Origin: Squalus acanthias
Taxonomy: Eukaryota
Assembly: GCA_030390025.1 (NCBI GenBank)
Contig: CM059431.1
Coordinates: forward strand, 129,396,001-129,460,000
Direction of reading: 5' to 3'
DNA length: 64,000 bases
The first letter of the stretch is position 1. Every line of letters begins with the position of its first letter. Position numbers and translations under genes: made by a program. The notes under the pieces were generated by a model. The model saw only the letters and a program-made list of their open reading frames with translations. It was not told where the DNA came from and searched no databases. This document shows, in pieces, positions 60,176-64,000 of this stretch.

Positions 60176-61929
60176 ATGGAGAGGCCCAGGGAACAAGCTC
60201 AGCGCGTCAGCAACCAGGCCTTGGTGACTCTGGTTGGCGCAGTGGAGCGCCGAAGGTCAGTTCTCTACCCACAGCGTGGCAGGAGGCCATTGCCATACGA
60301 ATATAGGAGTGTGGAGGGAGGTGGCTCAGCAAGTCTCCTCCAGGAGCATGGTGCCCAGAACCCACACCCAATGTCGGAAGAAGTTCACCGACCTCACTCG
60401 GGTGGTCAGGGTGAGTGGCTGCTTTTCAATACCTCTACATCCCTCCATCTCAACTTCACTCTGTGCCCAGAGGGTTTAAAAACCCCAAATGCCCAACACA
60501 CATCCAAGACCTATGGCCATCTCATAAAAAACACACGCACATTCCACACCTTGCATACATTAAGGGCTATTCAACTATGGGCAGCACATCAGGCAAGCAC
60601 ATGGCTGCACATTTACTCAGACGCTGTACTTTTTCTTGCAGGCCAAGCTATTTCACAACAGGCGCCAGCAGCAACAGACGGGTGGAGGGCCGGCTGAGCT
60701 GCAGACCCTCAGCGATTTAGAGGCGCGCATGCACAGGATCGTTGCCAGCCAGGTGATAGGTGCCGTGGCCACTGGAGAGGTCAACCCCCTTGGGGACAGC
60801 AATGCTATGTTCATCAGCTTTCTCTCCTCTCTCATTCCACTTGTCCCACACAACACCAGCCTTTTACACTTTCAATCCAACTTACTAAATGTCTCCAGTC
60901 TTTACTCCCTTACTGCCCCCCTGTCCTGATGCTAAAGCCACTCTTGTACCTCCCTGCTTTCAGATGGCGAACCACCAGCTGATCAGCCTGTCCCTCAAGC
61001 AGCCAGTGGAAGCGACGGCCCAGGTGAGGAGGAAGAGGAAGCCGGAGCCTCAGCGCCACCGTCTCCTGAGGGAGCCCATGCCCACACTGGGACCACGCCT
61101 TCCCTGGAGGGGAGCAGGGGGAAGGGTCTGATGAGGACGAAGCTCCGAGACCCAGCGGGCTGCAGCAACGCGATGGGGGTAGGGAAGCTCGGGGGCCTTC
61201 TCCCCAGAGGGAGAGTAGGCAAGCAAGTCCTGCTGCACAGAACGTAGAGGAGGAGCACATCATCGCGGTAATGAATAGCCAGGCCTTGAGCATGCAATGG
61301 CAAGGGTGCCCGAAAGCATTGATGGACTGGCTAGGACTGTGGAGCACTCCGCTGCAGCACAGGCCGACGCAACGCAACAGCTTAGTGCTGCAATTCAGTC
61401 ACTGGCTGCTGCCATCCAATCTCAGACTGCTCTCATGCAGGCTCAGATTGATGTAACGCAAGCACTGACTGCTGCCATCCTCACTGGTTCGGCCACATTG
61501 CCCCGGGGCTCTCACGGTGCCGCAGCAGGCCAGCAATCTGTGCTCGAGCAGATTGCTCCGGATGCTGAGGTACTGCCCCGTGGGAGTGCCAGTCTGTCGG
61601 TCAAGCAGGAAGGTGCTGTCCTCTCTCAGGATGACAGCATTCCTGCTTCCACCACTGGCACTTCCCCATTGCACTTGCCATCGCCTGCAACACAGCCAGC
61701 CCAGACTGCTGCCGCCCATGCAGAGTTGGTGCAGTCGGCAGCCGGGGCCTCCAGGCCCAGAGCTGGTCGAGGGCGTCCTTCAAGGGCATCTGTAGTCTCA
61801 GCATCTGACATTCAGCAGTCTTCCACCAGCCTTGCTGCAGCCACTGGGGCCCCATTACGGAGGAGCAGTAGGGTGGGAAGGGGGGAAGTGCGTAAGGGAA
61901 GGAGATCACCCTCGAAGGGAAAACAGTAG
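60176..61929 (+). pseudogene. Harbinger Myb/SANT gene (3 exons), disrupted
   Basis: Homologous to 18749-20733; frameshift in exon 1, intron-2 donor reads ct instead of gt, further indels in exon 3. Confidence 0.9.
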
Positions 61930-62240
61930 GAGGTCTAAATAAATGGTGGGCATGTTTGTAGTAAAGGTCGAGGTTCATCTGATTACATTTGTTTACTGTT
62001 TCGGCGTTTTTCTCCAGCTTGTGAGAACCAGTTCTGTAAATTCATTATTTGTTGTGTTTGTTTCTAATTGTTTGTCCTGAATAAATGACACACACAGAAT
62101 TTGTTAAATAAAAAGTTGTTGTATTCAAAATTTACATGTTTGGCCTTTGGAATCATTGCAGCTTTGGCCGGCTATAGGGGTTGCGGGTTGCTTTCCATGA
62201 TGTTGTTCTCCATGCCAGAAGCCATCTTCTGAGTAGGGGC

Positions 62241-63374
62241 CTAGAAGCAGCTTGTTATCAGCCGTTGACGGACGGCCCTTGCAGTGGCAACATTGGTGCT
62301 GCTGCTGATCATCCTCCTCATCCTCCTCTTCTCTTCCTCCTCTTCTTCCTCCTCCTCCTCCTCAGGTGGTGCACCAATCCATGGTGGCATTGGCTGGGTC
62401 CTCAGGATTGCCAGGTTGTGAAACATGCAGCATACAACTATGAAGAGGGAGACCAGCTCAGGAGAGTACTGCAGGGCTCCTCCTGAGTGGTCCAGACAGC
62501 GGAACGGTTGCTTGAGCATGCCGATCGTCTGCTCAATTATGTTCCTGGTGGCGATATGGCTCTCATTATACCGCAGCTCGGCAGGGGTGTTGGGGTTGCA
62601 GAGCGGTGTCATCAGCCAGGTGCAGAGTGGATAACCCTTGTCCCCAAGGAGCCAACCACTTGGGTGATGCGCTGCCTGGAAAAGGTCTGGGCCAGGATGA
62701 AAGTATCGTGGCTGCTGCCAGGATAGCGGGCATTGACGGTGAGTATGAGCTGTCTGTGGTCACAGACCAACTGCACATTTAAGGAGTGGTAGCCCTTGCA
62801 GTTTCAGGAAACCTCTGCATTTTCATGCGGTGCCCGCAATGCCACTTGCGTGCAGTCAATGGCGCCCTGCACCATGGGGAAGCCCGCTATCCTAGCAAAG
62901 CCACATGCGCGTTCATGCTGTTTGGCCCGGGTCATGGGAAAAGAGATGTACTGGCGTCTCCTTTTATAGAGGGCATTTGTCACCTCCCGGATACAGCAAT
63001 GGACAGCGAACTGGAAGATATTGGCGATGTCCCCAGTAGATGCTTGAAAGGAGCCGCTGGCATAAAAATTCAGAGCCACTGTCACCTTCACTGCCACCGA
63101 CAGACGTCATGGTCCTTAGTTGAGGCTGCAGATCTGGTTGCAGCAGGTGGCAGAGCTCAGTGACCACCTTCTTGCTGAAGCGCAGCCTGCGCAAACACTG
63201 CTCCTCAGACAAATGAATGTAGGAGAATTGCTCCCGGATTACCCTGGGAGGGTAAGGTCTCCTGTGCAGAGGCCTGTTGGCCCTCCTCCCTCTGGCCACG
63301 TTTGCCACTCTCCCTCTACGTCTCTGATGCCTCCGATTCTGCAGGTGCAGGACGAGGCCAAGTGCAGCCTCCAT
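62241..63374 (-). pseudogene. Harbinger transposase, frameshifted
   Basis: Split over ORFs 62964-63374, 62804-63097 and 62241-62612; homologous to 21045-22184. Confidence 0.93.
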
Positions 63375-64000
63375 AGTCTCTTCTAAATCGATGCAAGGAA
63401 GGTCAAATCAAAAAGAACCTGCAAAGTGCTGCTCAGTACCCAAAACTCCTTCACACAGCGTTGAATCTCTCCTGAAGTCTCTCTCTCTCTCAGAATCTCT
63501 CTCTCTCTCTCTCTCAGAATGCATGGTGCAAAAAATGTCGCCGACAAAAAACGGCAGGAAGAGGCCGCCTTTAAAAAGCACTCCCCCAGCCCCTTCCTGA
63601 CAGCAAAACGTTCCCCTCTAACTGTCATTGCTCACGGCAGGCGGAAAGGCTGGGGGCGCCACTCAATAGCCGGTCCGGGACACTACCGGGGCGTTGCACG
63701 CTCGACTGACATCATGATCTGCGGGCGCAGGAGGTCGTGGCAGTAGTGTTTAGCGCCGCCGCAAATTGTCTGGTCAATTTCGCGAGCGGTGCAAACATCA
63801 CCGCTCCCGGGTGCTAGTTGCTTTGCGCCCCGTTAGCGCCCTAAGAGGGCGCTAACGGGAGGCGCTAATCAACCGAATTTTTCCCCCTTTATGTTTTTAG
63901 TTAAAAGCAATCATGTTAATAGCAACCACTATTTTATAAAATGCTTTACACACAGTCCTTGATCAACTTTCTCAACAGTAATGCACATAAGATGGACACA

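Larger units (their letters stand above)
59815..63887 (+). mobile_element. Full-length but inactivated Harbinger (4073 bp)
   Basis: TIRs gggggagaaattcggt / accgaatttttccccc; TTT TSD (59812-59814, 63888-63890). Confidence 0.96.

Overview
Eukaryotic, repeat-saturated genomic DNA, most likely from a cartilaginous fish (shark or ray), inferred from HE1/V-SINE-like SINEs, shark-type CR1 LINEs and Penelope ends. No host protein-coding gene could be supported; the window is a nested transposon landscape. Highlights: (1) a near-intact 4.3-kb two-gene PIF/Harbinger transposon (18389-22696, ATT target-site duplication, TSD). It carries a three-exon Myb/SANT gene that splices to an open 459-aa frame, convergent with a DDE transposase, and is accompanied by several decayed sibling copies and many non-autonomous derivatives. 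(2) Three unrelated solo LTRs with exact 4-bp TSDs, two of them about 1.65 kb long. (3) A 5'-truncated CR1 LINE with an open 983-aa APE-RT ORF2 and an SGNH-esterase ORF1. (4) Penelope-like elements with GIY-YIG remnants and minimal hammerhead ribozymes. Boundaries without a stated TSD are approximate. No database searches were run, so novelty is untested.
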